Assembly (NCBI GenBank): GCA_041577335.1
Contig: JBFGJH010000014.1
Coordinates: forward strand, 1-61,460
Origin: Acidimicrobiia bacterium
Lineage (GTDB): Bacteria > Actinomycetota > Acidimicrobiia > Spongiisociales > JAENVV01
Length of the DNA: 61,460 nucleotides
Reading direction: 5' to 3'
Part shown: piece by piece, positions 49,189 through 57,876 of the stretch
Numbering within the stretch: position 1 is the first letter of the stretch
How the letters are laid out: each line of letters begins with the position of its first letter
Translations under genes and position numbers: made by a program
The notes under the pieces: model-generated
Told to the model about the DNA's origin: nothing
Databases searched by the model: none
The model's input: only the letters and a program-made list of their open reading frames with translations

Positions 49189-50265
49189 ATGACCGGAACC
49201 GACAGAACCGCACGAGCCATGGTGCTCGTCGAGCCCCGGCGCCTGACAGCGACCAACTTCCCCGTCACGGACATATCCGATGGCGGTTGGTTGGCGGTCG
49301 AGGCGACCGGGGTCTCCGGCGTCGAGGTGCAAGCCTGGGCAGGAGTGAGCCGGCGGGTGCGCTACCCGCTCATCCTGGGTCACGAAGTCGTTGGACGCAT
49401 CGCATCGGGCGATTTCGGGCATCCGATCGGCACCCGTGTCGTCGTGGAAAGCTCGATTCGGTGCGGAGCATGTCGAAGATGCACCAACAACCTCTCGTCA
49501 TGCAACTTGCGCATGCCGGTCAACGGCTACGGACAGCTCCCGTCGACCGAGCCACCCGGGCTCTGGGGCGGCTTCGCCGAACAGATGTACCTCGACCCCG
49601 GGGCGCGTATGCATGTGATATCGGAAGACATTCCAGCCGTTGTTGCGACATTCGCCCATCCATTGGCGGCGGGTTGGTCGTGGGCAGTGGAGATTCCCGC
49701 GCTGTCACCGGGTGACAACGTCCTGGTCCTGGGGCCCGGGCCGCGCGGCCTTTCTGCCCTGATCGCCGCTCGAGAAGCGGGGGCAGGATGGGTTGGCATG
49801 TCAGGGCTGGGTCATGACCGCGACCGCCTCCAACTGGCGAAGCAGCTCGGCGCCGACATGACGGTGTACGGCGACCAGGAGGACGTTGCCAGCGCGGTGG
49901 CGGACAGCCTCGGCGCTCGGCCGGACATCGTGTTGGATGTCACGAACAACGACACTGAGGCAATCCTGCTCGCGCTCGACATCGTGCGAGCAGGTGGGCG
50001 GGTCGTGCTGGCATCGACCAAAGGCACCAAGGCAGTCAACCAGCTGTTCTCGGACATCATTGTGCTGAAAGAGCTCACGATCCGGGGTGCCTATGGGGCA
50101 AGCTCGGCCGGCTACCACTGGGCCACTCGCCAGCTGGCTGCCGACGCGCGCCTCGATCACATGGTGTCCCACGAGTTTCCGCTCGACGAAGCAGACCGGG
50201 CCATCCAGGCCACTGCCGGCATCTTGGGCCGCGACGAGCTCATCTCCGTGGCAGTGACCGCCTGA
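49189..50265 (+). CDS. MDR/zinc-binding alcohol dehydrogenase-like protein
   Basis: ILGHEVVG, CGACRRC...C structural Zn site, GPGPRG nucleotide-binding loop. Catalytic Cys site reads TGVSGVE. Confidence 0.88.
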   Translation: MTGTDRTARAMVLVEPRRLTATNFPVTDISDGGWLAVEATGVSGVEVQAWAGVSRRVRYPLILGHEVVGRIASGDFGHPIGTRVVVESSIRCGACRRCTNNLSSCNLRMPVNGYGQLPSTEPPGLWGGFAEQMYLDPGARMHVISEDIPAVVATFAHPLAAGWSWAVEIPALSPGDNVLVLGPGPRGLSALIAAREAGAGWVGMSGLGHDRDRLQLAKQLGADMTVYGDQEDVASAVADSLGARPDIVLDVTNNDTEAILLALDIVRAGGRVVLASTKGTKAVNQLFSDIIVLKELTIRGAYGASSAGYHWATRQLAADARLDHMVSHEFPLDEADRAIQATAGILGRDELISVAVTA

Positions 50266-50266
50266 C

Positions 50267-51229
50267 GTGGCGCCCCGGCTCCTGCTTCTCGCCAACCCGG
50301 CTGCCTCGCAATTCACCGGGGGCCTTCATCGCGACGTCACCGCCATTCTCAAGAAGGCCTATGACCTCGACGCGGTGTGGCCCAACGGAGCCGACGATGC
50401 CCGCGACCGCGCTCGGCGAGGAGCAGCCGAGGGCATCGACGTCGTCGTCGCAATGGGCGGTGACGGTGTCGTTCACCACCTTGCCAACGCCCTCGCCGGC
50501 ACCGACACCACCATGGGTATCATCCCGGCCGGCACCACCAATGTGCTCGCCGATATCCTGGGAATCCCCACCAACGCACAAGACGCCGCCACGTTCCTGG
50601 CGTCACGGCCTTCACCGGTGGGCGTCAAAGCAGCCAAGATCACCCTCGACGGAGACAGGACGGCGTACGCAATGTTTGCGGTGGGGATGGGCTTCGACGC
50701 GGAAGTGGTCGAGCAAGCCGAAAGAGAGCCGTTCCGAAAGCTCCGGTTCGGCGGCGTGCACTACGCCACGACTGCGGCATCGGTCATCTGGGGCAGGTTT
50801 CGCCACCGCCACCCGACGCTACGAGTCTCGTGCGACGGCGACACCACCGATGCGAGCACCGTGCTCGTGCAGGTGCATTGGCCCTTCACCTACTTCGGTC
50901 GGATTCCCTTGACGCTTGCCCAGAATCCCCCCGAGCGCCTCCACGCGGCGGCCTTCGAGCGATTACCGCTGCGCCGAGTTCCCAGCATCGCCACAGCCAC
51001 GACCACGGGCGCCCGACTGGCCGATGTTGCCGGCACAACGGTATGGGAGAACGTCACATCGATACATGTCGACGCCGATCCCGCCATCGGCGTGCAGGCG
51101 GACGGAGAGTTGCTCGGAGAATGGCACTCGGTCGACGTCGAGCACGTGCCCGACGCAGTGAGGATCATGGTGCCCTCTGGACCCACTCCAAAGCGGCGAA
51201 TTCGCCGGCGGCGCCGCGTCCGTGGATAG
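50267..51229 (+). CDS. Diacylglycerol/lipid kinase family protein (YegS/DagK-like)
   Basis: LANPAA, MGGDG, IPAGTTNVLA, GMGFDA, QADGE. Confidence 0.92.
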   Translation: MAPRLLLLANPAASQFTGGLHRDVTAILKKAYDLDAVWPNGADDARDRARRGAAEGIDVVVAMGGDGVVHHLANALAGTDTTMGIIPAGTTNVLADILGIPTNAQDAATFLASRPSPVGVKAAKITLDGDRTAYAMFAVGMGFDAEVVEQAEREPFRKLRFGGVHYATTAASVIWGRFRHRHPTLRVSCDGDTTDASTVLVQVHWPFTYFGRIPLTLAQNPPERLHAAAFERLPLRRVPSIATATTTGARLADVAGTTVWENVTSIHVDADPAIGVQADGELLGEWHSVDVEHVPDAVRIMVPSGPTPKRRIRRRRRVRG

Positions 51230-51235
51230 CCGAGC

Positions 51236-52123
51236 TCACGACTCGCGCAGGCTCGGATGCACAACCTGCTCGGTTGCTCGACGGGATAGGTCGCCAGGCG
51301 ACAGGACGCCTTCCTCGGTCACCACCCCATCGAACCACGACAGAGGCACGACCTCGGAGAGCCCTCCAACGCCCGGACCGCTCGCGTCGGCAGCCGTGCG
51401 CATGGCTGCATTGAATAGCTCCTCCGGCAAGACCTTCTCGACCGTCGCCACGATGTAGATCGGCACCCCTTCCCCAGCAGCAGCTTGAGCGAGATCAGCC
51501 GTCCCGACCTTGTTGATCACCCGACCCGGCCCGATCGCATCCGCGCCGACCAGCACGAGGTCTACTCCCGCCACCCAGGCCACCGCATCGGTGTCGGATA
51601 GCAACTCGACCGAGAAGCCTGATGCGATGAGATCGGCGGCCAGCGCCCGGCCCTCCCCTACGGGCAAGGCCTCGGTGCAGACCACCCTGAACCTGGATTG
51701 CTCGATCGCCTTATCGAGGACCGCGCGCACCGAAGCGGAGGACGAATGAACCATCACGGCCGAACCATCTTCGATGAGGGATGCACCCACCGCGCTCAAA
51801 GCTGGGGCGGCCTGCTGCATCTGGTCGGCTACCTTGCCGATCACGTCGACGTATCGGCCCACATCCCGACCTGCTTCGAGATACACCTGATTGCGGAAGT
51901 TGCTCAACGGCGCGACCGACGGTTGCCGTGAAACCAGGAAGTCTGCCGCCTCGCGTATCGCATCGATGACGCCGACGGGGTGGACCGCGAGCATCTGTCG
52001 CGCGAGATCGGCCACAGCTCGCGCTCCACGAGCTCCCAGGCTGCTGGCGCTACCTTGGGTGTCGCCGGCCACTGCGGCGATTTGGCGCCACGCCGGCCAT
52101 CGGTGGTAGTCAGGAGTGGTCAT
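51236..52123 (-). CDS. eIF-2B alpha/beta/delta-family protein (MtnA/R15Pi-related fold)
   Basis: RQPSVAPL, VMVHSSSASV, CTEALPVGEG, VLVGADAI...VINKVGT, VATVEK, EVVPL...VVTEEG. Start ATG 52123 (ORF open to 52231). Confidence 0.88.
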   Translation of the reverse strand: MTTPDYHRWPAWRQIAAVAGDTQGSASSLGARGARAVADLARQMLAVHPVGVIDAIREAADFLVSRQPSVAPLSNFRNQVYLEAGRDVGRYVDVIGKVADQMQQAAPALSAVGASLIEDGSAVMVHSSSASVRAVLDKAIEQSRFRVVCTEALPVGEGRALAADLIASGFSVELLSDTDAVAWVAGVDLVLVGADAIGPGRVINKVGTADLAQAAAGEGVPIYIVATVEKVLPEELFNAAMRTAADASGPGVGGLSEVVPLSWFDGVVTEEGVLSPGDLSRRATEQVVHPSLRES

Positions 52124-52139
52124 CGCTGCACCGCCGACG

Positions 52140-52270
52140 CGCAGAAGCCCCGGCAAGGGGGGCAACCGGAGCTTCCGCGTAAGAAAGGGTGTAGCTGCGA
52201 ATCGATGCCAGGGAAAGTCTCGGTTCGCCACCCCTTCAGTGTCGAGAGGGTAGTGACCCTCTGCAACGAT
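52140..52270 (-). ncRNA. Candidate structured RNA (sRNA or 5' leader) with a six-C loop hairpin, 6C-RNA-like
   Basis: TATATT -10 box (52276-52281, - strand), then AGAGGGT/ACCCTCT hairpin, a long imperfect hairpin (52183-52237) and a 13-bp stem GCGGAAGCTCCGG/CCGGGGCTTCTGC with loop TTGCCCCCCTTG. Confidence 0.55.
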
Positions 52271-52343
52271 CCTTGAATATACACCATTGAAGTGACCCGC
52301 GACCAGTTACTGATCCAAAAATCGGCGAGAGCTGAAAGAGCGA

Positions 52344-53156
52344 TCACGATTCGGGGCGCTGCCAGATCGTTCGCTGTGGGAAAGGAATCTCGATGCCCTC
52401 AGAGTCAAAACGCAGTTTGATCCGGCGCAACGCTTCCCGCTTCAGGTCCCATCGAAAGGCCGGGACTGCGCTGATCACCGCCCGTAGGTCCACCGAGCTC
52501 TCGCCGAGGCGCTCCACACCGAGCACCTGAGGATCGTCGGCCATGCGCGGCCCCCAGAGTGCATCTGCTCGCAACTGTGCCAGCTCGTCACTGAGCACCT
52601 CGATCACCTCATCGACCTCACTCTGATAGGCAATCGCCACGTCGATGACCACACGTGAATACTCCTGGGTGAGATTCGAAGTCACGTCGATGATCCCGTT
52701 GGGAACGTAATGTACGACCCCCTCGAGGTCGCGCAAAACGGTTACTCGCAACCTGAGATCCTCGACGGCACCGGATACGCCCGCGATCCGAACAACGTCA
52801 CCAACGTGAAACTGATCCTCCGAAAGGATCAAGAGCCCGGCGATGACGTCCTTGATGAGCCCCTGAGCGCCGAAACCGAGCGCCACTCCGACGGCCGAGC
52901 CGACTGCCAGGAATGGTGCAGAGGGCACCTCCCAGATGATGGCAACCGTCCAGACGACGATGATGAAGACGACTACCCAGATGATTCGGCGCGCCACCGA
53001 CCAGAGCGTGGCGATTCGCTGCCTGCGCTCATCGAGTAGCTCCTCGCCCGTGTCGAGCAGCCTGTTGATCACGCGCCGAATCGACCACGTGATCACCATG
53101 CCGGTAGCAACGGCGCCGACGATCACCGCGATCGACGTTGCGACCTCCTGGCTCAC
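52344..53156 (-). CDS. Small-conductance mechanosensitive channel (MscS family)
   Basis: GVALGFGAQGLIKDVIAG, QFHVGDVV, GAVEDLRLRVT, VPNG, GIEIPFPQR. GTGA overlap with the upstream stop. Confidence 0.95.
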   Translation of the reverse strand: MSQEVATSIAVIVGAVATGMVITWSIRRVINRLLDTGEELLDERRQRIATLWSVARRIIWVVVFIIVVWTVAIIWEVPSAPFLAVGSAVGVALGFGAQGLIKDVIAGLLILSEDQFHVGDVVRIAGVSGAVEDLRLRVTVLRDLEGVVHYVPNGIIDVTSNLTQEYSRVVIDVAIAYQSEVDEVIEVLSDELAQLRADALWGPRMADDPQVLGVERLGESSVDLRAVISAVPAFRWDLKREALRRIKLRFDSEGIEIPFPQRTIWQRPES

Positions 53157-54763
53157 GCGTCCACCCAATCCATCTGCGCAAGGGTAGCTTCGGCGAGCTG
53201 CCCTACCTCTTCGACCTGTGCTGCCAACACCGCCTTGTCTCGGACGTGTGTCCGCATCACGATCCCGAACTCACGGTCGAGGCCGACGCCGAGGTCCTGG
53301 CTGATGGCGGCCCGGAAGCGTCGAGTCAGGACCCTTCCGCCCCGAGCGCCGATGCCCTCGGCCAATCGCGATGCCCCCAGGCCGAGAACCAACGCGCCGA
53401 GCATCAATATGATCGGCCATGGCCACTCGCCCCTCTGGACGGGAACGGCCCACAGCCAGATAGCGCCCGCAATGAACGTCCCGGCGAACGCCCATTTCAA
53501 GACACCAAAGACGCGCAGCCAATTCGGAATAGCCGCTCGCACGTCAGGGAACTGGTAGCCAACAAGCGATCGGTCAACGATTCTCTGGATCCCTTCGGTG
53601 GTCTCTTCTCCAGGTAGGGCCGTGCGCAGCTTCACAGCATGTCGGCCGCCGAGGTCGGAGGCGACGTCTCCGACGAACCGCTCGATCAACGCATAGACGG
53701 CTTCGAGACCTGCCCGGTGGTTCCAGTTCGCGGTCGAGGCTTCCAGCGCAACCGCCGATTGCTGAAACCCGAGCAAGCGACCGACCGGCGAGTCCTTCAC
53801 AGAGTCGGACAGCGCTCCCAACGGCCCGGCGGCTTTCCGCATGGCCTCTGCCCGACCCACGCGAGTCGCCACTTCTTCGACTTCGGTGCCCGCCACCAGT
53901 TCACTCAACACGTCGACGGCTCGCTGACGTGTGGCGTCCCAACGATCGTCAAAACCGATCGGCCCACCTCCGAGACCCGCCGCGTCGGCCAGGTCGGCCG
54001 CCACACGCCGAGCGTCGATGGCGACTTTCTCGACGACGAGCTGTTTGGCATCGAGCCGGGTGCTGAGTTCTTCCATCAGATGTTCGATCCCGATCGGCGG
54101 CCCGTCGATGGGGTCGGCCGCCGTTGCAACGACGAGAGGATCGACGATGCCATCCACCCGGAGGCGATGATCAAAGTCATCGAGCACCGTTTCCAGCTCG
54201 GCGCTGGAGAGTCGGTCGATCTGATTCATGACAAATACGAACTGGTCCGAATAGGCGGCGAGCGGCGCCAGGTAGTGGTCGTGGAGCAGCCGATCGTTGT
54301 ACTTCTCCGGATCCACCACCCAGACGACCGCATCCACTCGCGGCAGCAGCTCCTGGAACAGCGCCCGATGTGCACCCACGACGGAATCGGTGTCCGGCAT
54401 GTCGAGGATGGTCAGGTTCGGAAACTCGGAGTGGGTGACGATCGTCTCGATGCCCATGTCCTCGAGAAGCCGCACGATGCCCGGCTCGGGGGTGACCGGC
54501 GCCCACGCCAAGGCCTGTGAAGTCGTGGGCCGGATGGGTCCCGATTCGGTGACCTTGCTGCCGGCTATGGCGTTGAGCAGGCTGGACTTCCCAGACCCGG
54601 TGCCCCCAGCCAGCGCCACGACGAGCCCATCACCGAGGAAACCGATCCGACGCCGTCCATGCCGAACGAGCTGAGCCGACTTGGCAAGCTGATCGCTGTC
54701 CACGATCTCGCTCGCATGGGCTACCAACTGATCGAGCGCTTCGAGAAGCCTTTCAATCGTCAT
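53153..54763 (-). CDS. Dynamin-like/TRAFAC GTPase with C-terminal TM hairpin
   Basis: G1 GGTGSGKS, G2 RPTT, G3 DMPD, G4 NQID; two C-terminal hydrophobic helices. Confidence 0.88.
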   Translation of the reverse strand: MTIERLLEALDQLVAHASEIVDSDQLAKSAQLVRHGRRRIGFLGDGLVVALAGGTGSGKSSLLNAIAGSKVTESGPIRPTTSQALAWAPVTPEPGIVRLLEDMGIETIVTHSEFPNLTILDMPDTDSVVGAHRALFQELLPRVDAVVWVVDPEKYNDRLLHDHYLAPLAAYSDQFVFVMNQIDRLSSAELETVLDDFDHRLRVDGIVDPLVVATAADPIDGPPIGIEHLMEELSTRLDAKQLVVEKVAIDARRVAADLADAAGLGGGPIGFDDRWDATRQRAVDVLSELVAGTEVEEVATRVGRAEAMRKAAGPLGALSDSVKDSPVGRLLGFQQSAVALEASTANWNHRAGLEAVYALIERFVGDVASDLGGRHAVKLRTALPGEETTEGIQRIVDRSLVGYQFPDVRAAIPNWLRVFGVLKWAFAGTFIAGAIWLWAVPVQRGEWPWPIILMLGALVLGLGASRLAEGIGARGGRVLTRRFRAAISQDLGVGLDREFGIVMRTHVRDKAVLAAQVEEVGQLAEATLAQMDWVDA

Positions 54764-56465
54764 GCCACGCCTTGGCCGCGATCTGAAGTTGGGCAGCAAC
54801 CCGTCGCAGGGCGGCCGAGTCGGCGACGTCGACGGAGTCGACCAGCTCAAGAAAGCGGCCGGCATCTGTGGCGAGAAGGCCTTCCAGGACGATATCCAGA
54901 TCGGCACGAGCTCGTTGGGCGAGGGCGGAGGCGGCTGCCGAGCCAAACAAATGCTCGAGGAGTCCCTGTTGGGCGGCAGCCGCCCCGGCGGCGACGCCAA
55001 CCTCGGCGCCTGTCAGACCACCCGTGTGAACGAAGACCGTGACGAGCAAAGTCACGGCCACCGCATTGACACCCAGCGAGGCGACTTTGGCGATTCGCTG
55101 CTTGCCCTCGCCCTGGTCCCGGACGAGATCGGCCAGGCCGGCCATCCACGCCTGGATGGCGTCGGCGGCAGATGCCTCGAGCTCCTCGCCATGCGACCAG
55201 AGGTCCGTCGTGACCATCCCTCTGCCGGAAGGCGATGCCTCCCAAGCAGTGCAAACGGCGCGCGCCGCCAGATCCGCCCTGCGCAGCACGACCGAAACGA
55301 GCTCGGATCGAGCTTCGGATCCCACCACCTTCTCGACGTGAGCCTGACCACCGAGCACCCGACGCCCCCACGACTTCAACCGAGTGGCGCCTTCGGTCAG
55401 CAGTCTCATCAGCTCGCCCGTGCCCACGAACTCCTGCCAGCGCTTCACGACTTCCCCACGAATGAGGGTCCCCCCATCGAGCGCCTCGCCGATCGCGGTC
55501 TGTTGCGCGGCATAGGCTTCGGCTACCACCCTGCGAAGCCGAGCGATCTCATCTGCCTCGATGTCCAATAGGTCTGCAAGTGTCCCCGTCTCACGGACGA
55601 CTTCGCTCACTGCCCCTTCGGCGGCTTCTTCGATGAGCCCGCGACGATACGCCGGATCGGAGAGCTGACTCAAGAACACACGGATCGGGTCGACGGCGGC
55701 TGCCACCAGGCCACCAATATCTGGGTCCACCGACTGCTCCCGGATCCTCGTGATCTCGAGCGGGTGGGGATGCAGCCCGCCGGTTTCCAGTCGTTTTCGA
55801 AAATCTGCCAAGATCTCGTCGGCGCCGTCGACGTCACCGGCCCGAGCCGGCAGCCGGTTGACGATGTAGCGAATGGGTATGGCTCGGCCGCGCGCCTTTT
55901 CGAGGAACTCCCACGGCACAGCATCGGCGTAGCGCTGCGCGGAAGTCACGAAGAGACAGACGTCAGCAACTGCGAGCAACTCGTCGGCGATCTCTCGATG
56001 CACACCCACGACCGAGTCGAAGTCGGGAGCATCGATGATGGCGAGATGCTCGAGCAACGGCAGCTCCGAGGCCACTACCTGGATCGATCGAACGGCCTCG
56101 GGATCGCTCGAGTATCCAGACAGAAATCCGTCTCCGAACCGTTCGAGATGCCGAGGATGGCACCAGACAGTCGGTGCCCTGGTCGTTGGTCGTACCGCCC
56201 CAGGCTCAGAAATCCGCTGCTCGGCCAGAGAGTTCAATATGGTCGATTTCCCCGCCCCCGTTGAGCCTATGAGCACGGCCACAACCGGACCATCGAGATC
56301 GGCGAGACGCGGGATCACGTATTCATCGATGGTCCAACGCAGACCATCACGGAGATCGTCACCCGTGCCACTGGAGTCGAACGCGAATGACGCTCCCTCT
56401 AACTCATCGGAAAGAGAGTGAAGCGCAGCTCGAAGCCGATTGATGCCAGAAAACGTCCCAGACAC
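54753..56465 (-). CDS. Dynamin-like GTPase (first of tandem pair)
   Basis: GSTGAGKS, RPTT, DAPDFDS, TSAQRYADAVPW, VNRL; hydrophobic paddle LGVNAVAVTLLVTVF..TGGLTGAE. Start approximate. Confidence 0.88.
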   Translation of the reverse strand: MSGTFSGINRLRAALHSLSDELEGASFAFDSSGTGDDLRDGLRWTIDEYVIPRLADLDGPVVAVLIGSTGAGKSTILNSLAEQRISEPGAVRPTTRAPTVWCHPRHLERFGDGFLSGYSSDPEAVRSIQVVASELPLLEHLAIIDAPDFDSVVGVHREIADELLAVADVCLFVTSAQRYADAVPWEFLEKARGRAIPIRYIVNRLPARAGDVDGADEILADFRKRLETGGLHPHPLEITRIREQSVDPDIGGLVAAAVDPIRVFLSQLSDPAYRRGLIEEAAEGAVSEVVRETGTLADLLDIEADEIARLRRVVAEAYAAQQTAIGEALDGGTLIRGEVVKRWQEFVGTGELMRLLTEGATRLKSWGRRVLGGQAHVEKVVGSEARSELVSVVLRRADLAARAVCTAWEASPSGRGMVTTDLWSHGEELEASAADAIQAWMAGLADLVRDQGEGKQRIAKVASLGVNAVAVTLLVTVFVHTGGLTGAEVGVAAGAAAAQQGLLEHLFGSAAASALAQRARADLDIVLEGLLATDAGRFLELVDSVDVADSAALRRVAAQLQIAAKAWHDD

Positions 56466-56521
56466 CGGGCGATTCTCGCACACTGCGCGATTCTGTCACA
56501 GGCAGTGGATACCGTGAGGGC

Positions 56522-57853
56522 ATGCTCGATTCACCCGCCGAACCGGAAGCCGTGTCGCAAGCCACCGATGCTGAGGCCTCACGGGGCCTCTCCGAGCTCG
56601 CAACCGTCACGATTGACGGTGACCTGGTACACGTCTCAGGCCTCGATATCCGAAGCTCCGACCTCGCGCAACTCCTCATGGGAGTTTCCGAGGCTGAGTG
56701 GCCTGCGCTGCTGCTCGAGGTGGTTTCGCTCGGTACGAGGGGCATGGCATCTCTCGCTCTTTCTGCAACCGTCGAACATGCCGACGCCCGGTTTCAGCGC
56801 TCGCTCGAACAGGCCATCGATCGACTCCAGGTGCATGTCGGCCAAGTCATCGACAACGCCGGCCGAGCGATCGACGACAGCCTCGATCCGGACCGGCGAA
56901 CCTCGGTGATGGGGCGAGCGATCTCCGAGCTCACCGATGCACGCGTCGAACTCATTGGACAGTTCGACCTGCGTCGTGCCGACAGTCAGTCGTCGTTGCT
57001 GGTGGAGGCCATCAACCAGATGATCGGCCCTTCGGGAGAGATGCAGCACCTGCTCGAAGCTGCCCTCGATCCCGACGAGGAGGCTTCCGCACTCGGTCGA
57101 ATCGCTTCACAGGTCGATCAACGCTTCACCGAGATACGTGATTTGATGCTGCGCCAGGATGGCGCCCGTCAGGAGGCCGAGCGCGGCACCGCCAAGGGCC
57201 TCGACTTCGAGGCAACGATCGACCAAGCGCTCCGCGCGATCGCGTGTCGTATCGGCAGTTGCGTCGTTGAGGCAACGGGCAGCGACACCGGTCGCCTGTC
57301 GGCCGCCGCCAAGGTCGGCGACTTCGTCATTGAGAACCCGCAGGGCCACCGCATCGTCGTAGAGGCCAAGAACAAGGCCACTCTGACGCTGACTGGAAAG
57401 ACCGGCATTCTCAGCGAGCTGGACCGTGCCCTCGAGAATCGGCAAGCACACTTTGCCATTTGTGTGTCGGCGAGCGACGCGTTTCCGAGCGAGGTGGGCG
57501 GTTTCGGCGTCTACGGCAACCGGCTTCTCGTCGTGGATGACGGCGAAGGGACCCTCCTCGAGGCCGGCGTCCGGTGGGCTTTTGCGCAACTCGCCCTCAC
57601 CGATGCCGCCCGGCCAACGCTCGACGTGACGGCGATCCGGGAGAGGATCGACCGGATCCGCCAGCACAGCGGGCGCCTCACGTCGATCAAGCGAAGCCTC
57701 TCGGCACTCAAGGAATCCGTTGATCGGGTGCATTCTGATATCGGAGGCCTGCAGGCGGACCTTCGAGACGAATTCGATGAGATGGAAATGGCGATGGGCA
57801 ACGGCGGAACCGAACTTGCGTCGAGCCCACTTCGCGCCGTCAGCGACCAATAG
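56522..57853 (+). CDS. Coiled-coil protein with PD-(D/E)xK-like nuclease domain (RmuC/DUF2130-like)
   Basis: Helical N-terminus, KGLDFE...KVGDFVI...IVVEAKN motif set, C-terminal coiled coil. Confidence 0.7.
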   Translation: MLDSPAEPEAVSQATDAEASRGLSELATVTIDGDLVHVSGLDIRSSDLAQLLMGVSEAEWPALLLEVVSLGTRGMASLALSATVEHADARFQRSLEQAIDRLQVHVGQVIDNAGRAIDDSLDPDRRTSVMGRAISELTDARVELIGQFDLRRADSQSSLLVEAINQMIGPSGEMQHLLEAALDPDEEASALGRIASQVDQRFTEIRDLMLRQDGARQEAERGTAKGLDFEATIDQALRAIACRIGSCVVEATGSDTGRLSAAAKVGDFVIENPQGHRIVVEAKNKATLTLTGKTGILSELDRALENRQAHFAICVSASDAFPSEVGGFGVYGNRLLVVDDGEGTLLEAGVRWAFAQLALTDAARPTLDVTAIRERIDRIRQHSGRLTSIKRSLSALKESVDRVHSDIGGLQADLRDEFDEMEMAMGNGGTELASSPLRAVSDQ

Positions 57854-57876
57854 GCGCAACGCCGAGCGCGTCGAGC

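Noticed and set aside
52120..52347. 75-aa ORF with CPPC...C as a WhiB-like or metal-binding protein
   Set aside because: Cys spacing and the G(V/I)WGG motif of WhiB are absent, the composition is atypical, and the region is better explained by a promoter plus RNA hairpins.
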